Source: Bacteroidales bacterium (lineage in GTDB: Bacteria > Bacteroidota > Bacteroidia > Bacteroidales > VadinHA17). From it: 64,000 nt of DNA. The position numbers and the translations under genes are program-made. Below, in pieces: positions 45,881-57,614 of this stretch (positions are counted from its first letter, which is position 1; each line of letters begins with the position of its first letter). Below the pieces are notes generated by a model. The model worked only from the letters and a program-made list of their open reading frames with translations. It made no database searches and was not told where the DNA came from. The stretch lies in assembly GCA_049975425.1 (NCBI GenBank), contig JBNGDI010000017.1:4757-68756 (forward strand). Reading direction: 5' to 3'.

Positions 45881-45920
45881 AAGTGGTAAAAAATGGGAGA
45901 AAGTGGGTGAATGTGGGAAT
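45881..45920 (+). promoter_or_regulatory. MraZ-binding direct repeats (dcw box)
   Basis: aagtggtaaa/aaatgggaga/aagtgggtga/atgtgggaat: four (G)TGG cores at a 10-bp period upstream of mraZ. Confidence 0.85.
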
Positions 45921-45954
45921 TTTTCTTTAATTTAGCCCTATTAAATGATCTGTG

Positions 45955-46422
45955 ATGGCAACCTTTATTGGAGATTTTACATGTAAGGTTGATGCTAAAG
46001 GCAGGGTTATGCTGCCTTCTACTTTCAAAAGGCAACTGCCTGCTGAAGCCCAGGATACGTTTGTGGTAAAAAAAGATATTTTTGAACAATGTCTGGTGCT
46101 GTATCCCCTGCATGAATGGGAGCGGCAGAACCAGATCATCAGGGAGCGTATCAATCCCTACCGGAAGGACCACAACCGTTTCCTCCGAAATTTCTACCGG
46201 GGTGCGGCTGAACTGGTGCTGGACGGGAGTAACCGGATACTGATTCCCAGGCGCCTTTTGGCAGAGGCGGGTATTTACAAAGAGGTAGTGCTGGCCGGTC
46301 AGGATTCACGTATTGAGATATGGCCGGCTGAAAGTTATGGCGGAATAGAGGAATCTGAGGATGAATTCGCCTCCCTGGCCGAAAAGATCATGGGAGGAAG
46401 AACCAGTGAACAGGATGCATAA
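45955..46422 (+). CDS. mraZ: Transcriptional regulator MraZ
   Basis: DAKGRV.LP and D..NRILIP repeats. Confidence 0.95.
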   Translation: MATFIGDFTCKVDAKGRVMLPSTFKRQLPAEAQDTFVVKKDIFEQCLVLYPLHEWERQNQIIRERINPYRKDHNRFLRNFYRGAAELVLDGSNRILIPRRLLAEAGIYKEVVLAGQDSRIEIWPAESYGGIEESEDEFASLAEKIMGGRTSEQDA

Positions 46423-47324
46423 TGGATTATCATATACCGGTTCTTTTACAGGAGAGTATCGATGGCTTGCAGCTGAAACCTGAAGGAGTGTATGTGGATG
46501 CCACCTTCGGAGGGGGAGGGCATTCGCGGGAAATCCTGAAGAATCTGAAAACCGGTCGTTTGATTGCTTTTGACCAGGATCCGGCATCAAAAGCAGATCA
46601 TATCCATGACGAGCGGTTTTTGTTTGTAAGGCATAATTTCAGGTATCTGAAGAATTTTCTTCGCTGGTTCGGCTTTGAGCAGGTTGACGGGGTGCTGGCC
46701 GATCTGGGAGTATCCTCCCATCAGCTCGACAGCCCGGGAAGGGGATTTTCATACCGTGAAGATACGGAACTGGATATGAGGATGAATACGTATGCCCTGG
46801 AATCTGCGGCCGATGTTCTGAACAACCGACCGGAAGATGAGCTGAAAAGGATATTCCGTAATTACGGAGAGCTTCCCCGGGCTGCGGAACTGGCGACAAA
46901 AATCGTTGCTTTCCGCGCAGTGCATCCACTGGCAACTGTGGGGCATCTGCTGGAAGCCATTGAGGGATTGATGCCGGCTGAAAGGCAGGCCAAATACCTT
47001 TCCCGGTTGTTTCAGGCCATTCGCATAGAGGTAAACCAGGAACTGGAATGCCTGAAAGAAATGCTGGAACAGTGTGCAGAGGTCATTCGCCCCGGGGGAA
47101 GGCTGGTAGTTATCACTTACCATTCCCTGGAAGACCGGATGGTGAAAAATTTTATCCGGTCGGGGAATATCCGGGGGATAATAGAAAAGGACCTGTACGG
47201 TCATTATGCCTGTCCGTTCCGTGCCATTAACCGAAGGGTGATTATACCCGACCGGGACGAGATACGAAGGAATAAAAGGGCACGAAGCGCCAAACTGAGA
47301 ATTGCAGAACGTGTGGATGAATAA
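46422..47324 (+). CDS. rsmH: 16S rRNA C1402 methyltransferase
   Basis: HIPVLL, DATFGGGGHS, HSLEDR, RSAKLR. Confidence 0.97.
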   Translation: MDYHIPVLLQESIDGLQLKPEGVYVDATFGGGGHSREILKNLKTGRLIAFDQDPASKADHIHDERFLFVRHNFRYLKNFLRWFGFEQVDGVLADLGVSSHQLDSPGRGFSYREDTELDMRMNTYALESAADVLNNRPEDELKRIFRNYGELPRAAELATKIVAFRAVHPLATVGHLLEAIEGLMPAERQAKYLSRLFQAIRIEVNQELECLKEMLEQCAEVIRPGGRLVVITYHSLEDRMVKNFIRSGNIRGIIEKDLYGHYACPFRAINRRVIIPDRDEIRRNKRARSAKLRIAERVDE

Positions 47325-47330
47325 TATGCC

Positions 47331-47717
47331 ATGAGCCAGGAAAAGAAGAACATAGAATTTATTGGTGTAAAAGAACCTTCACGGGGAGGTAAACGGAGTG
47401 GGGTCAGGGAATTCCTTGATGGTACCCTGCTTACCCGCGAATCGGTGGTTAGGCAGCTGCCGTTTATTCTGTTCCTGACCTTCCTGCTTGTGGTGTATAT
47501 AGGGAATCGCTATCATGCCGAACGCCTGGTAAGGCAGATCGATCGTCTGGAAAGAGTGGTGAAGGAGCTGAGGGCCGAGGCTATTTCCGTGGCTTCTGAA
47601 TACAACCGGCTGAACAAACCTTCAGAAGTGTTCAGGCTGATAAATGAAAAGGGACTGGGGCTGAAAGAATCGATGGAACCTCCGGTTAAACTTAATAGTA
47701 CAGAAAGAAAGAAATAA
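47331..47717 (+). CDS. ftsL: FtsL-like cell division protein
   Basis: Single TM plus coiled coil, between rsmH and ftsI. Confidence 0.8.
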   Translation: MSQEKKNIEFIGVKEPSRGGKRSGVREFLDGTLLTRESVVRQLPFILFLTFLLVVYIGNRYHAERLVRQIDRLERVVKELRAEAISVASEYNRLNKPSEVFRLINEKGLGLKESMEPPVKLNSTERKK

Positions 47718-47734
47718 GAACTGCTTTGCGAAGT

Positions 47735-49858
47735 ATGTCTATCAAAAAGGATATCATCTGGCGGATCGGAATGCTTTACCTGGGGGTATTCCTTGTGGGA
47801 ATTACCATTCTGGGAAAGGCTTTTTATATCCATCTGGTGGAAGGACAGGAATACAAAACAAAAGCCGGGAGACAGAGTCTAAAAGATATTACCATTCTTC
47901 CAAACAGGGGTGATATTTACGCTGCCGACGGCCGGATACTGGCCAGTTCGGTACCTTATTATGAAATCAGAATGGACATGCGCAGTACGGCGCTCAGCAC
48001 TCAGGTTTTCCTCAGTCAGGTCGATTCACTGGCCATCAGGCTGTCGGCCCTTTTCCGTGATCGTACAGCCCGGCAGTACAAAAATGACCTGATGCAGGCC
48101 TGGGAGCGGGGTGACCGGTATTACCTTGTACGCAGGGGGGTGAGTTATGCCGAACTGAAAAAACTGAAAACTTTTCCCATATGGCGTCTTGGCAGGTATG
48201 AGGGAGGGTTTATTTATGTTCAGGATAATCTGCGCATGAAACCTCACCAGCACCTGGCTTCACGTACTATCGGATACCTTACAAAAGGGCCTACGGGAAA
48301 TGTGGTAGGCATTGAGGGAGCCTACGATCAGTATCTGAGCGGTGTGACCGGGGTCAGACTAATGCAGAGGTTGGCGGGGGATGTCTGGATGCCGGTAAAC
48401 GACGGCAATGAGGTAGAACCGCGCGATGGAATGGATGTGATCACCACCATCGATATCACCCTTCAGGATGTGGCCCATAATGCTCTGTTGCAGCAGCTCA
48501 TCCGGCACGATGCGCATCATGGCACGGCCATCCTTATGGAAGTATCTACAGGGGCTATCAAGGCCATGGTCAACCTTGAAAAAGACTCCGACGGAACGTA
48601 CCGGGAACTCTATAACTATGCCATCGGGGAAAGTACCGAGCCGGGATCGACCTTCAAACTACCCGTATTGATGGCAGCCCTGGAAGACGGGGTGATAGAT
48701 TTGAATGATTCCATCGATACCGGCGAAGGAGAATACCAGATTTATGACAAAACCATCCGTGATACCCGCAGGGAAGGCTTCGGGAAAATTTCTGTTCGTG
48801 AAGTGTTTGAAGTATCATCCAACGTGGGAATGGCAAAAATCATTTATGAGAACTACCGAGACCACCCCCATGATCTGATCGACAGGCTGATCAGCATGAA
48901 CCTTAACAAAAAGCTGGGTGTGGAGATCAAGGGAGAAGGAACCCCCATGCTCAGTTATCCCGGTGATGAATACTGGTCGGGGATTTCACTGGCCATGATC
49001 TCTCACGGATATGAGGTGATGCTAACACCCCTGCAGATGCTGACCTTTTACAATGCCGTGGCCAACAACGGCAAAATGGTAAAACCCAAATTCGTGGAAG
49101 AACTGAGGTACAGAGGGCAGAAAGTTCGTTCCTTCGGCACCGAGGTCCTTAATCAATCCATCTGTTCTTCATCAACGATCGAAAAAGCCAGAACTATGCT
49201 GGAAGGAGTGGTGGAAAACGGGACGGCTGTCAATCTGAAGAATCCGTATTACCGGATTGCCGGGAAAACGGGAACGGCCCAGATTGCCAATAAAAATGTT
49301 GGGTACCGGCAGGAATCGAAGGTCAGCTATCAGGCTTCTTTCGTGGGATATTTTCCTGCCGATCATCCGAAATATTCCTGTATGGTGGTGGTAAACAGTC
49401 CCTCTAATTCGGTGTATTATGGCAATCTGGTGGCGGGTCCCGTTTTCCGGGAAATTGCCGATAAGGTCTATGCCACCAGCCTCGATATGCTTCCCACGGT
49501 TGACCGGCTGGCTGCCAGAGGTGAAGGCGGCGTGCCCTATTCTAAAAACGGCAGCTGTTCCCATCTGGTGAAAGTGCTGGAAACCCTGGATATGGATTAC
49601 AGGCAAACAGATCCCCGGGCTCCCTGGATTATTCCGGCGGGCAAAGATTCTGTGGTGAATATTTATCCACTGGAGGTGACCGGCCACCTGGTGCCGAACG
49701 TGGTGGAAATGGGGTTGCAGGATGCCTTGTACCTGCTTGAAAAACAAGGCTTAAAGGTAAGGGTCAAAGGCAGGGGGAAAATCAGGAATCAATCCATCCC
49801 TCCTGGTACCCCGGTGAAGCCGGGACAGGAGATATTACTGGAAATGAGTTTTGTATAA
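47735..49858 (+). CDS. ftsI: Class B penicillin-binding protein with PASTA domain
   Basis: EPGSTFK, SSN, KTGTAQ motifs. Confidence 0.93.
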   Translation: MSIKKDIIWRIGMLYLGVFLVGITILGKAFYIHLVEGQEYKTKAGRQSLKDITILPNRGDIYAADGRILASSVPYYEIRMDMRSTALSTQVFLSQVDSLAIRLSALFRDRTARQYKNDLMQAWERGDRYYLVRRGVSYAELKKLKTFPIWRLGRYEGGFIYVQDNLRMKPHQHLASRTIGYLTKGPTGNVVGIEGAYDQYLSGVTGVRLMQRLAGDVWMPVNDGNEVEPRDGMDVITTIDITLQDVAHNALLQQLIRHDAHHGTAILMEVSTGAIKAMVNLEKDSDGTYRELYNYAIGESTEPGSTFKLPVLMAALEDGVIDLNDSIDTGEGEYQIYDKTIRDTRREGFGKISVREVFEVSSNVGMAKIIYENYRDHPHDLIDRLISMNLNKKLGVEIKGEGTPMLSYPGDEYWSGISLAMISHGYEVMLTPLQMLTFYNAVANNGKMVKPKFVEELRYRGQKVRSFGTEVLNQSICSSSTIEKARTMLEGVVENGTAVNLKNPYYRIAGKTGTAQIANKNVGYRQESKVSYQASFVGYFPADHPKYSCMVVVNSPSNSVYYGNLVAGPVFREIADKVYATSLDMLPTVDRLAARGEGGVPYSKNGSCSHLVKVLETLDMDYRQTDPRAPWIIPAGKDSVVNIYPLEVTGHLVPNVVEMGLQDALYLLEKQGLKVRVKGRGKIRNQSIPPGTPVKPGQEILLEMSFV

Positions 49859-49872
49859 CGTAATGGCGGTAA

Positions 49873-51327
49873 ATGAAAAACCTTGGGGATATTATACAGG
49901 CAGTGGAAGTGATCCGGCAGAAAGGGCCAGATAATCCTGTGCTGACAGGTATCTGCCAGGATTCGCGTGAAGTGGTTGAGGGATCCCTGTTTGTTGCCGT
50001 CAGGGGAACCCGTGTTGACGGTCACCAGTTCATTTCCCGGGCTGTGCAGCAGGGAGCACGCGCTGTGGTATGTGAAAAACTGCCCGGGGAAATTCATGCC
50101 GGAGTGAGTTACCTGAAAGTGAAAAACAGTGCTGTAGCCCTGGGATTGCTGGCTTCCGCCTGGCACGATCATCCTTCGTCACGGCTCCGGCTGGTGGGGG
50201 TTACCGGCACCAATGGGAAAACCACCATTGCCACCCTGTTGTATAACCTGTTTATACGCCTGGGATATCCGGCCGGACTGGTTTCCACCATTGAATACCG
50301 CGTTCTTGAGAAATCGCTTCCTGCAAGGTATACTACCCCCGATGCACTGATACTCAATGCCCTGCTGGCTGAAATGGTGGGTGCGGGAGCAGAATATGTT
50401 TTTATGGAAGTGAGTTCGCACGCCGCCGCCCAGCACAGGATCAGTGGTATTACCTTCTCAGGAGGCATATTTACCAACATTACCCGTGACCATCTGGATT
50501 ATCATGGGGATTTTGATGAATATATCCGGGCCAAGAAATCGTTCTTCGAACGGTTGCCTGCCGGGGCTTTTGCCCTGGTGAATGCCGATGAGAAGCACAG
50601 TCGGGTTATGGTGCAGAATACCGATGCCCTGGTCAGAACTTTCGGGCTGAACAGGCTGGCTGATTACCGGGGAAAGATCGTGGAAACCAGTCTCGAGGGC
50701 ATGATGCTCAGGATCGATGGATACGAATTGTGGACTCCGATGATCGGGCACTTTAATGCTTCCAACCTGCTGGCAGTTTACGGGGCTGCTCTGGAAATGC
50801 AACAGAATAGCGAGGAAGTGGTCAGAACCATGAGCGAACTCAGGCCGGTCAGGGGAAGGTTCGAAACCCTCCGTGGAAAAGACGGGAAGATGGCTGTGGT
50901 GGATTATGCCCATACTCCCGATGCTCTTGAAAATGTGCTGAAAACCCTCAGCCGCTTCAGGGATAAAACCCACCGGATCTTGACAGTAGTGGGTGCCGGC
51001 GGTGACCGCGACAGAGGGAAACGGCCCATGATGGCAAAAATCGCTGCAGATTACAGCGACCGGGTGATACTGACTTCCGATAATCCCAGGACAGAAGATC
51101 CCGAGGTAATTCTCGACGATATGGAAAAAGGACTGGATGAGACAGAAAAAAAACGGACTGTGCGCATCACCGACAGGAAAGAAGCTATCCGGGCCGCCCT
51201 GATGATGGCTGCAAAAGGTGATATCGTCATGGTGGCAGGAAAGGGGCACGAAACCTATCAGGAAATTGCAGGAATGAGATATCCCTTCAATGACAGGGAG
51301 GTGATCAGAGAATTCATGAAATCATAA
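49873..51327 (+). CDS. murE: UDP-MurNAc-tripeptide synthetase (meso-DAP)
   Basis: GTNGKTT, DYAHTPD, DNPR. Confidence 0.97.
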   Translation: MKNLGDIIQAVEVIRQKGPDNPVLTGICQDSREVVEGSLFVAVRGTRVDGHQFISRAVQQGARAVVCEKLPGEIHAGVSYLKVKNSAVALGLLASAWHDHPSSRLRLVGVTGTNGKTTIATLLYNLFIRLGYPAGLVSTIEYRVLEKSLPARYTTPDALILNALLAEMVGAGAEYVFMEVSSHAAAQHRISGITFSGGIFTNITRDHLDYHGDFDEYIRAKKSFFERLPAGAFALVNADEKHSRVMVQNTDALVRTFGLNRLADYRGKIVETSLEGMMLRIDGYELWTPMIGHFNASNLLAVYGAALEMQQNSEEVVRTMSELRPVRGRFETLRGKDGKMAVVDYAHTPDALENVLKTLSRFRDKTHRILTVVGAGGDRDRGKRPMMAKIAADYSDRVILTSDNPRTEDPEVILDDMEKGLDETEKKRTVRITDRKEAIRAALMMAAKGDIVMVAGKGHETYQEIAGMRYPFNDREVIREFMKS

Positions 51328-51332
51328 CCGGT

Positions 51333-52583
51333 ATGTTCTATTACCTGTTCGAATATCTTGAAAAACTAAATGTGCCGGGAGCCGGAGTCTACCAGTACAT
51401 TTCCTTCCGTTCGGCCATGGCCGTGATCACCTCGCTGATCATTTCCCTGCTTTTCGGGAAAAGGATCATTTGTTTCCTGCAGCGGAAACAAATCGGGGAA
51501 ACCATTCGTGACCTGGGCCTGGAGGGGCAGTATGCCAAACAGGGAACTCCCAGCATGGGCGGATTGATCATTCTGGCTTCGATCATCATACCCACCCTGT
51601 TGTTCGGTGATCTAAGCAATGTATATGTGATCCTGATGCTGGTTACCACTTTCTGGATGGGACTGGTTGGATTCGCAGATGATTATATCAAAATATTCAG
51701 ACACAATAAAAAAGGACTGGCAGCGAAGTTTAAAATCCTTGGCCAGGTGGTACTTGGATTGATCGTGGGAATTACCATGTATACCTCTGACCAGGTAGTG
51801 GTGCGTGAAAGGCTCCCGGTGAGCGAAACGCCGCCACAAACCCTGGAAGAAAGCCACCGCCGGATGGATGAGCGGGACCGGACACTGCAGACAAGGGATA
51901 TCAAGTCGACCATTACCACCATCCCGTTTGTCAAAAACAATGAGTTCGATTACGCCTGGTTGGTGGGTTTTCTGGGTAAGCATAAACAGCAATGGGCCTG
52001 GGTAGTTTTTGTAGTGATGGTGATCCTGATCGTTACCGCTGTATCGAACGGGGCCAATATGACCGACGGACTGGATGGCCTGGCGACAGGCACTTCGGCC
52101 ATAATGGGAACTACCCTGGGTGTGCTTGCCTACCTTTCGGGGAATATCATATATGCCGATTACCTCAATATCATGTACATTCCCTATACCGGGGAACTGG
52201 TGATTTTTATGAGCGCTTTCATTGGTGCCGCTATAGGGTTCCTATGGTACAATTCTTATCCGGCACAGGTATTTATGGGCGATACGGGAAGTCTGGCCCT
52301 GGGGGGTATCATTGCCGTGTTTGCCATTGTGATCAGGAAAGAATTGCTCATACCCATTCTCTGCGGAATATTCCTGATGGAAAACCTGTCGGTGGTAATC
52401 CAGGTGTGGTACTTTAAATATACCCGAAGGAAATACGGGGCAGGACGCCGGGTATTCAAAATGGCGCCCCTGCATCATCATTACCAGATGAAAGGTTATC
52501 CCGAACCCAAAATTGTGACCCGTTTCTGGATTGTGGGGATTTTGCTGGCCGTCATAACCATTGTTACACTGAAGATCAGATAA
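51333..52583 (+). CDS. mraY: Phospho-MurNAc-pentapeptide transferase
   Basis: [28 protein letters not shown]. Confidence 0.98.
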   Translation: MFYYLFEYLEKLNVPGAGVYQYISFRSAMAVITSLIISLLFGKRIICFLQRKQIGETIRDLGLEGQYAKQGTPSMGGLIILASIIIPTLLFGDLSNVYVILMLVTTFWMGLVGFADDYIKIFRHNKKGLAAKFKILGQVVLGLIVGITMYTSDQVVVRERLPVSETPPQTLEESHRRMDERDRTLQTRDIKSTITTIPFVKNNEFDYAWLVGFLGKHKQQWAWVVFVVMVILIVTAVSNGANMTDGLDGLATGTSAIMGTTLGVLAYLSGNIIYADYLNIMYIPYTGELVIFMSAFIGAAIGFLWYNSYPAQVFMGDTGSLALGGIIAVFAIVIRKELLIPILCGIFLMENLSVVIQVWYFKYTRRKYGAGRRVFKMAPLHHHYQMKGYPEPKIVTRFWIVGILLAVITIVTLKIR

Positions 52584-52594
52584 TAAGAAAAAAC

Positions 52595-53932
52595 ATGCCT
52601 GAAAAGATCGCCATACTGGGTGCAGGAGAAAGCGGAACGGGAACAGCCGTGTTGGCCTCCATGAAGGGGTACAGGGTATGGGTGTCCGATCAGGGGACCT
52701 TACGTGATCGATACAGAAAAATTCTGATTGAAAATGATATTCCCTTTGAAGAAGGAAAACATACATCCGGGAAAATCCTTGATGCCGACCTGGTTATGAA
52801 AAGCCCGGGGATTCCCGATTCGGCTGAATTGGTGCAAAAAATCAGGGCCGAAGGGATACCGGTGGTCTCCGAGATTGAATTTGCGGCCCGTTTTACGGAT
52901 GCTACCCTGATCGGGATTACCGGAAGCAACGGGAAAACCACCACAACCTGCCTTACCTGGCATATTCTGAACAAAGCGGGCTTGAATGTGGCCCTGGCAG
53001 GGAATGTGGGTCGTAGCTTTGCAGGGCTGGTGGCAGGGAAGGCCTTTGATTACTATGTTATTGAACTGAGCAGTTTCCAGCTGGACGATACATCTCATTT
53101 CCGACCACACCTGGCTGTGATCATGAATATTACCCCCGACCATCTCGACCGGTACGGCTATAACATGCAGCACTATGTTGATTCGAAATTCCGGATTATC
53201 AGGAACCAGACCTCTTCCGATCATCTTATATATTGCCGGGACGATGCGGTGATAAGAAGGGAGCTTGAAACCAGAAAACCGCACATGCAGATGCATCCTT
53301 TTTCCATCAGGGAAAGGCTGGAAAACGGTGCCTGGCTGGAAGAGGATATTCTCCGAATAAGTAACCTAAATCAATCATTTGATATGACCATACACGATCT
53401 TGCATTAATGGGACATCACAATGTGTATAATTCGATGGCGGCGGGTATTGCCGCCCAGATACTGAACATCAGGAAAGAAACAATCCGTGAAAGCCTTTCC
53501 GATTTTCAGGGCGTTGAACACAGGCTTGAAAAGGTGATCAGCGTGCACGGCATTGAATTCATCAACGATTCGAAAGCCACCAATGTGAATTCCACCTGGT
53601 ATGCTCTGGAAAGCATATCCACGCCTGTGGTGTGGATAGCCGGAGGGGTGGATAAGGGGAATGACTATGCACCGCTGAAAGACCTGGTGAAAGAAAAGGT
53701 CAGGGCTATAGTATGCCTGGGAAAGGATAACTCAAGTATACACCGGGCTTTTGAAGGCCTTGTTCCTACCATAGTGGATACCTCGTCGATGCAGGAAGCA
53801 GTTCAGGCGGCCTATTACCTGGCCCACAAGGAGGAAACTGTTCTGCTGTCTCCGGCCTGTGCCAGTTTTGACCTGTTTGAAAACTATGAGGACCGTGGAC
53901 GGCAGTTTAAACAGGCTGTAAGGAATCTGTAA
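52595..53932 (+). CDS. murD: UDP-MurNAc-L-Ala--D-Glu ligase
   Basis: GSNGKTTT, NDSKATN, SPACASFD. Confidence 0.98.
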   Translation: MPEKIAILGAGESGTGTAVLASMKGYRVWVSDQGTLRDRYRKILIENDIPFEEGKHTSGKILDADLVMKSPGIPDSAELVQKIRAEGIPVVSEIEFAARFTDATLIGITGSNGKTTTTCLTWHILNKAGLNVALAGNVGRSFAGLVAGKAFDYYVIELSSFQLDDTSHFRPHLAVIMNITPDHLDRYGYNMQHYVDSKFRIIRNQTSSDHLIYCRDDAVIRRELETRKPHMQMHPFSIRERLENGAWLEEDILRISNLNQSFDMTIHDLALMGHHNVYNSMAAGIAAQILNIRKETIRESLSDFQGVEHRLEKVISVHGIEFINDSKATNVNSTWYALESISTPVVWIAGGVDKGNDYAPLKDLVKEKVRAIVCLGKDNSSIHRAFEGLVPTIVDTSSMQEAVQAAYYLAHKEETVLLSPACASFDLFENYEDRGRQFKQAVRNL

Positions 53933-53945
53933 AAATAACCGGGCT

Positions 53946-55130
53946 ATGAGTGAGGGAATCAGGAAATATTTTCAGGGTGACCGGGTGATATGGGCAGTTA
54001 TTATTGTTCTGTCCATCTTCTCCTTGCTGGCCGTGTACAGTTCCACCGGAACCCTTGCCTACCGGAAAATGGGCGGCAATACCCTGTATTTCCTGATCAG
54101 GCATGGCCTGATCCTGGGAATTGGCATACTTATCATATTCGTCACACATATGATTCCCTATAAATACTATTTCAGGTTGTCTCAGTTGTTTCTTTATCTG
54201 GTGGTTCCCCTTCTGTTCCTGACCCTGCTGATCGGGACCAGCCTGAACCAGGCTGCCCGGTGGCTGACCCTTCCCGGGCTGGGGATCACCATCCAGACAT
54301 CCGATTTTGCCAAGCTGGCTCTTATTATGTATACGGCCAGAATGCTTTCCCTCAAGCAGGACAGGATAAAAAGTTACAGAGAAGCCTTTATACCGCTTAT
54401 TGTACCAGTTGTGCTGGTGTGCATGCTGATCTTGCCTGCAAACCTTTCCACCTCGCTTATCCTGTTTGCCACATGCATGGTGCTGATGTTTATCGGCAGG
54501 GTCAGGATCCGTCATCTTCTGGCATTTGCCGGTATCGGTGTGCTGGCTATTGGGTTGTTCATTACTACCACCATGCTGCTCGACAAGGAGGGCAGGGTCG
54601 GTACCTGGAGGCACCGTGTGGAACAGTTTATCCGGCCCGGTGGCGAAGAAGGGTACCAGGTGGAACAGGCAAAAATTGCCATCGCTACCGGAGGATTGTT
54701 CGGAGTGAAACCCGGCAAAAGTGTTCAGAGGAACTTCCTTCCCCATCCTTACTCCGATTTTATTTATGCCATCATTATTGAAGAATACGGCCTGATTTTC
54801 GGGGGAATCCCCATTATGCTGGCATACCTTATTTTACTATTCAGGGCAGGAGTAATTGTGAGAAAGGCTAACCGGACCTTCCCTGCTTTTCTGGCTATTG
54901 GCCTGACACTGAGCATTGTTATACAGGCTGTGGTGAATATGGGGGTGGCGGTTAATCTGTTTCCTGTTACCGGACAGAACCTGCCCATGGTCAGTATGGG
55001 TGGCTCCTCACTTTTGTTTACCGGAGTTTCCCTGGGCATTATTCTCAGTGTGAGCCGGGGAGTGGAGAAGGAATTGGAGGAAATGGAAAAAACAGAAGAT
55101 TCAACAGAATCAGATGAACAGGAAGCCTAA
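53946..55130 (+). CDS. ftsW: SEDS-family cell division protein
   Basis: Multi-TM protein with SDFI, P.TG..LP..S.GGSS motifs. Confidence 0.93.
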   Translation: MSEGIRKYFQGDRVIWAVIIVLSIFSLLAVYSSTGTLAYRKMGGNTLYFLIRHGLILGIGILIIFVTHMIPYKYYFRLSQLFLYLVVPLLFLTLLIGTSLNQAARWLTLPGLGITIQTSDFAKLALIMYTARMLSLKQDRIKSYREAFIPLIVPVVLVCMLILPANLSTSLILFATCMVLMFIGRVRIRHLLAFAGIGVLAIGLFITTTMLLDKEGRVGTWRHRVEQFIRPGGEEGYQVEQAKIAIATGGLFGVKPGKSVQRNFLPHPYSDFIYAIIIEEYGLIFGGIPIMLAYLILLFRAGVIVRKANRTFPAFLAIGLTLSIVIQAVVNMGVAVNLFPVTGQNLPMVSMGGSSLLFTGVSLGIILSVSRGVEKELEEMEKTEDSTESDEQEA

Positions 55131-56229
55131 AATATTGATTAGCGGTGGAGGAACAGGGGGCCATGTGTTCCCGGCTATATCCATTGCCCATGCCCTGAAG
55201 CAGGTGGCTCCCGGCGCGGAGATCCTGTTTGTGGGAGCTGAGGGTAGGATGGAAATGGATAAAGTGCCGGCGGCTGGTTACCGTATTGTGGGTCTTCCGG
55301 TTAGAGGCTTTCACAGAAAAGAGGTATGGAAAAATGTCAATACCCTTGTGAAGCTGGCCAGGAGCCTGAGCAGGGCCGATTACGTGCTCAGGGAGTTTGC
55401 TCCTGATGTGGTGGTGGGTGTGGGGGGATATGCAAGCGGCCCTGTTTTGAGAAGGGCGCAGGCCAGAGGGATTCCTACCCTGATCCAGGAACAGAATTCC
55501 TATGCCGGGCTGACCAATAAATGGCTGGCTTCCCGGGCACATAAAATATGTGTTGCCTGGGAGGGGATGGAAAAATATTTTCCGGCTGACAGGATTCTGA
55601 TAACCGGCAATCCTGTGCGCCAGGATATTATTGATATGGAAGGGAAAAGAGAAGAAGGCCTTTCGGTATTCGGCTTCAGGGCGAGCAGCCCGGTGGTATT
55701 GGTCCTGGGAGGAAGCCAGGGGGCCGGAACAATCAACCGGGCCTTGCTGGCAGGTTATCGTTCCCTGCTGGATGCGGGATATCAGCTGCTCTGGCAGACG
55801 GGGAGCCTGTATCTTGATACCGTACGCGAAGAAACCGGAATAGAATTGCCGGCTGGATTGGTGATTACCGATTTCATTGCCCGGATGGATCTGGCTTATG
55901 CCGTGGCCGGATTGATCGTTTCCCGGGCCGGGGCGGGAACCCTTTCGGAACTTTGCCTGGCTGGCAAACCGGTAATTCTGGTTCCTTCACCCAACGTGGC
56001 CGGTGATCATCAGACACACAACGCCATGGCCCTGGTAAGCAGAAAAGCAGCCAGAATGATCCCCGACACCGAAGCGGAAAAAACCCTGATCAAATCATGC
56101 CTGGGCCTGTTGGCCGACAGGGTGGCACGTGAGGAACTGGCTGTGAACATAAAGGAAATGGCCCGGCCTGAAGCGGCCAGGCAGATTGCCGAAGAAGTAT
56201 TGAAACTGGTCAAAACGGAGAAAGAGTGA
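55114..56229 (+). CDS. murG: Lipid II GlcNAc transferase
   Basis: GGGTGGH, GNPVR, GGSQGA, SRAGAGT. Confidence 0.98.
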   Translation: MNRKPKILISGGGTGGHVFPAISIAHALKQVAPGAEILFVGAEGRMEMDKVPAAGYRIVGLPVRGFHRKEVWKNVNTLVKLARSLSRADYVLREFAPDVVVGVGGYASGPVLRRAQARGIPTLIQEQNSYAGLTNKWLASRAHKICVAWEGMEKYFPADRILITGNPVRQDIIDMEGKREEGLSVFGFRASSPVVLVLGGSQGAGTINRALLAGYRSLLDAGYQLLWQTGSLYLDTVREETGIELPAGLVITDFIARMDLAYAVAGLIVSRAGAGTLSELCLAGKPVILVPSPNVAGDHQTHNAMALVSRKAARMIPDTEAEKTLIKSCLGLLADRVAREELAVNIKEMARPEAARQIAEEVLKLVKTEKE

Positions 56230-57614
56230 TCGACCTGAACCACATAAAACGGATATATTTCCTTGGTGCAGGAGGTATCGGGATGAGCGCCCTGGCACGT
56301 TACATGCACCACATTGGAAAAGAAGTGGCAGGTTACGACAGAACCTGTACTCCATTAACCATGGAACTTACCGGGGAAGGCATTCCGGTACATTATTCCG
56401 ATGATCCGGCCCTGATCCCGCAGTCATTCAGGGATAAGGAAAACACACTGGTGGTGTACACCCCTGCCCTGCCAGGCACACATACCGAACTGAACTATTT
56501 CAAAAAGGCCGGATTCTGCCTTATGAAAAGAGCCGAACTGCTGGGGGAAGTCAGCAAAGGAAGACCTTCCGTGGCTGTGGCCGGGACCCACGGGAAAACC
56601 TCGGTGTCAACCCTTTTGGCCCACCTGTTATCCAAAACGGAAAATGGTTGCACGGCTTTCCTGGGCGGGATATCAAAAAATTACGGCAACAACCTGATAA
56701 TGACCGGACAGAACCCCTGGTTCGTGCTTGAAGCCGATGAGTTCGACCGCTCCTTTCTGCGCCTCTACCCTGCCCATGCTGTGGTTACCTCTATGGATGC
56801 CGACCATCTTGATATCTATGGGGACTACAGGCATATGCAACAGGCTTTTAATGAATTTGTATCCCACCTTCCACCCGGGGGAATCCTGTTGATGAAAAAT
56901 GGATTGCCTGTGGATTATCCCGAAGGGATCAGAAAATATACATACAGCGTAAAAGAAGATGCCGATTTTACACCGGAAAACCGGCAGTATAAAAAAGGAA
57001 AGTGGAGTTTCGACCTGAAAACACCCGGAGGCCGGATCCCTCGTCTGATGTCCGGGAGTCCGGGGAAGGCCGGCCTGGGAAATGCCGTGGCCTCGGCGGC
57101 TATGGCCTGGCTGCTGGGTGCAGGAATGGATGAGTTGAAAAGTGGTCTGGAGTCTTTCGAGGGGGTGAAAAGAAGATTCGACTTTCATATACGTACCGCT
57201 GATGTGGTGTATATGGATGATTACGCACATCACCCCGAAGAGCTGAAAGCCTGCATCGAAGCGGTAAGGGAATCATTTCCGGGCAGAAAAATAACAGGTA
57301 TTTTCCAGCCGCACCTGTACACCCGTACACGCGACTTTGCAACGGATTTTGCCCGAAGTCTGGATTTGCTGGACACCTGCATCCTGTTAGATATATATCC
57401 GGCAAGGGAAGAGCCTTTGCCAGGCATCACAGCCGATACTATCAGGCAGTACATGCGAACCCCCGGGGCAGTAATTCGTTGCAGAAAAGAAGACATTATC
57501 CCTGCCCTGGAGCCGCTCGACCTCGAGGTGTTGCTTACACTGGGGGCCGGAGATATTGACACCCTGGTAACGGAAATAAAAAAGTGGTTGCAGAAACGGT
57601 TTGAACTGTTATGA
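56226..57614 (+). CDS. murC: UDP-MurNAc--L-Ala ligase
   Basis: GGIGMSALA, GTHGKT, DDYAHHP. Confidence 0.97.
   Translation: MIDLNHIKRIYFLGAGGIGMSALARYMHHIGKEVAGYDRTCTPLTMELTGEGIPVHYSDDPALIPQSFRDKENTLVVYTPALPGTHTELNYFKKAGFCLMKRAELLGEVSKGRPSVAVAGTHGKTSVSTLLAHLLSKTENGCTAFLGGISKNYGNNLIMTGQNPWFVLEADEFDRSFLRLYPAHAVVTSMDADHLDIYGDYRHMQQAFNEFVSHLPPGGILLMKNGLPVDYPEGIRKYTYSVKEDADFTPENRQYKKGKWSFDLKTPGGRIPRLMSGSPGKAGLGNAVASAAMAWLLGAGMDELKSGLESFEGVKRRFDFHIRTADVVYMDDYAHHPEELKACIEAVRESFPGRKITGIFQPHLYTRTRDFATDFARSLDLLDTCILLDIYPAREEPLPGITADTIRQYMRTPGAVIRCRKEDIIPALEPLDLEVLLTLGAGDIDTLVTEIKKWLQKRFELL

Noticed and set aside
45881..45920. GTGG repeats as a novel element
   Set aside because: Explained by the known MraZ operator and listed as a feature.
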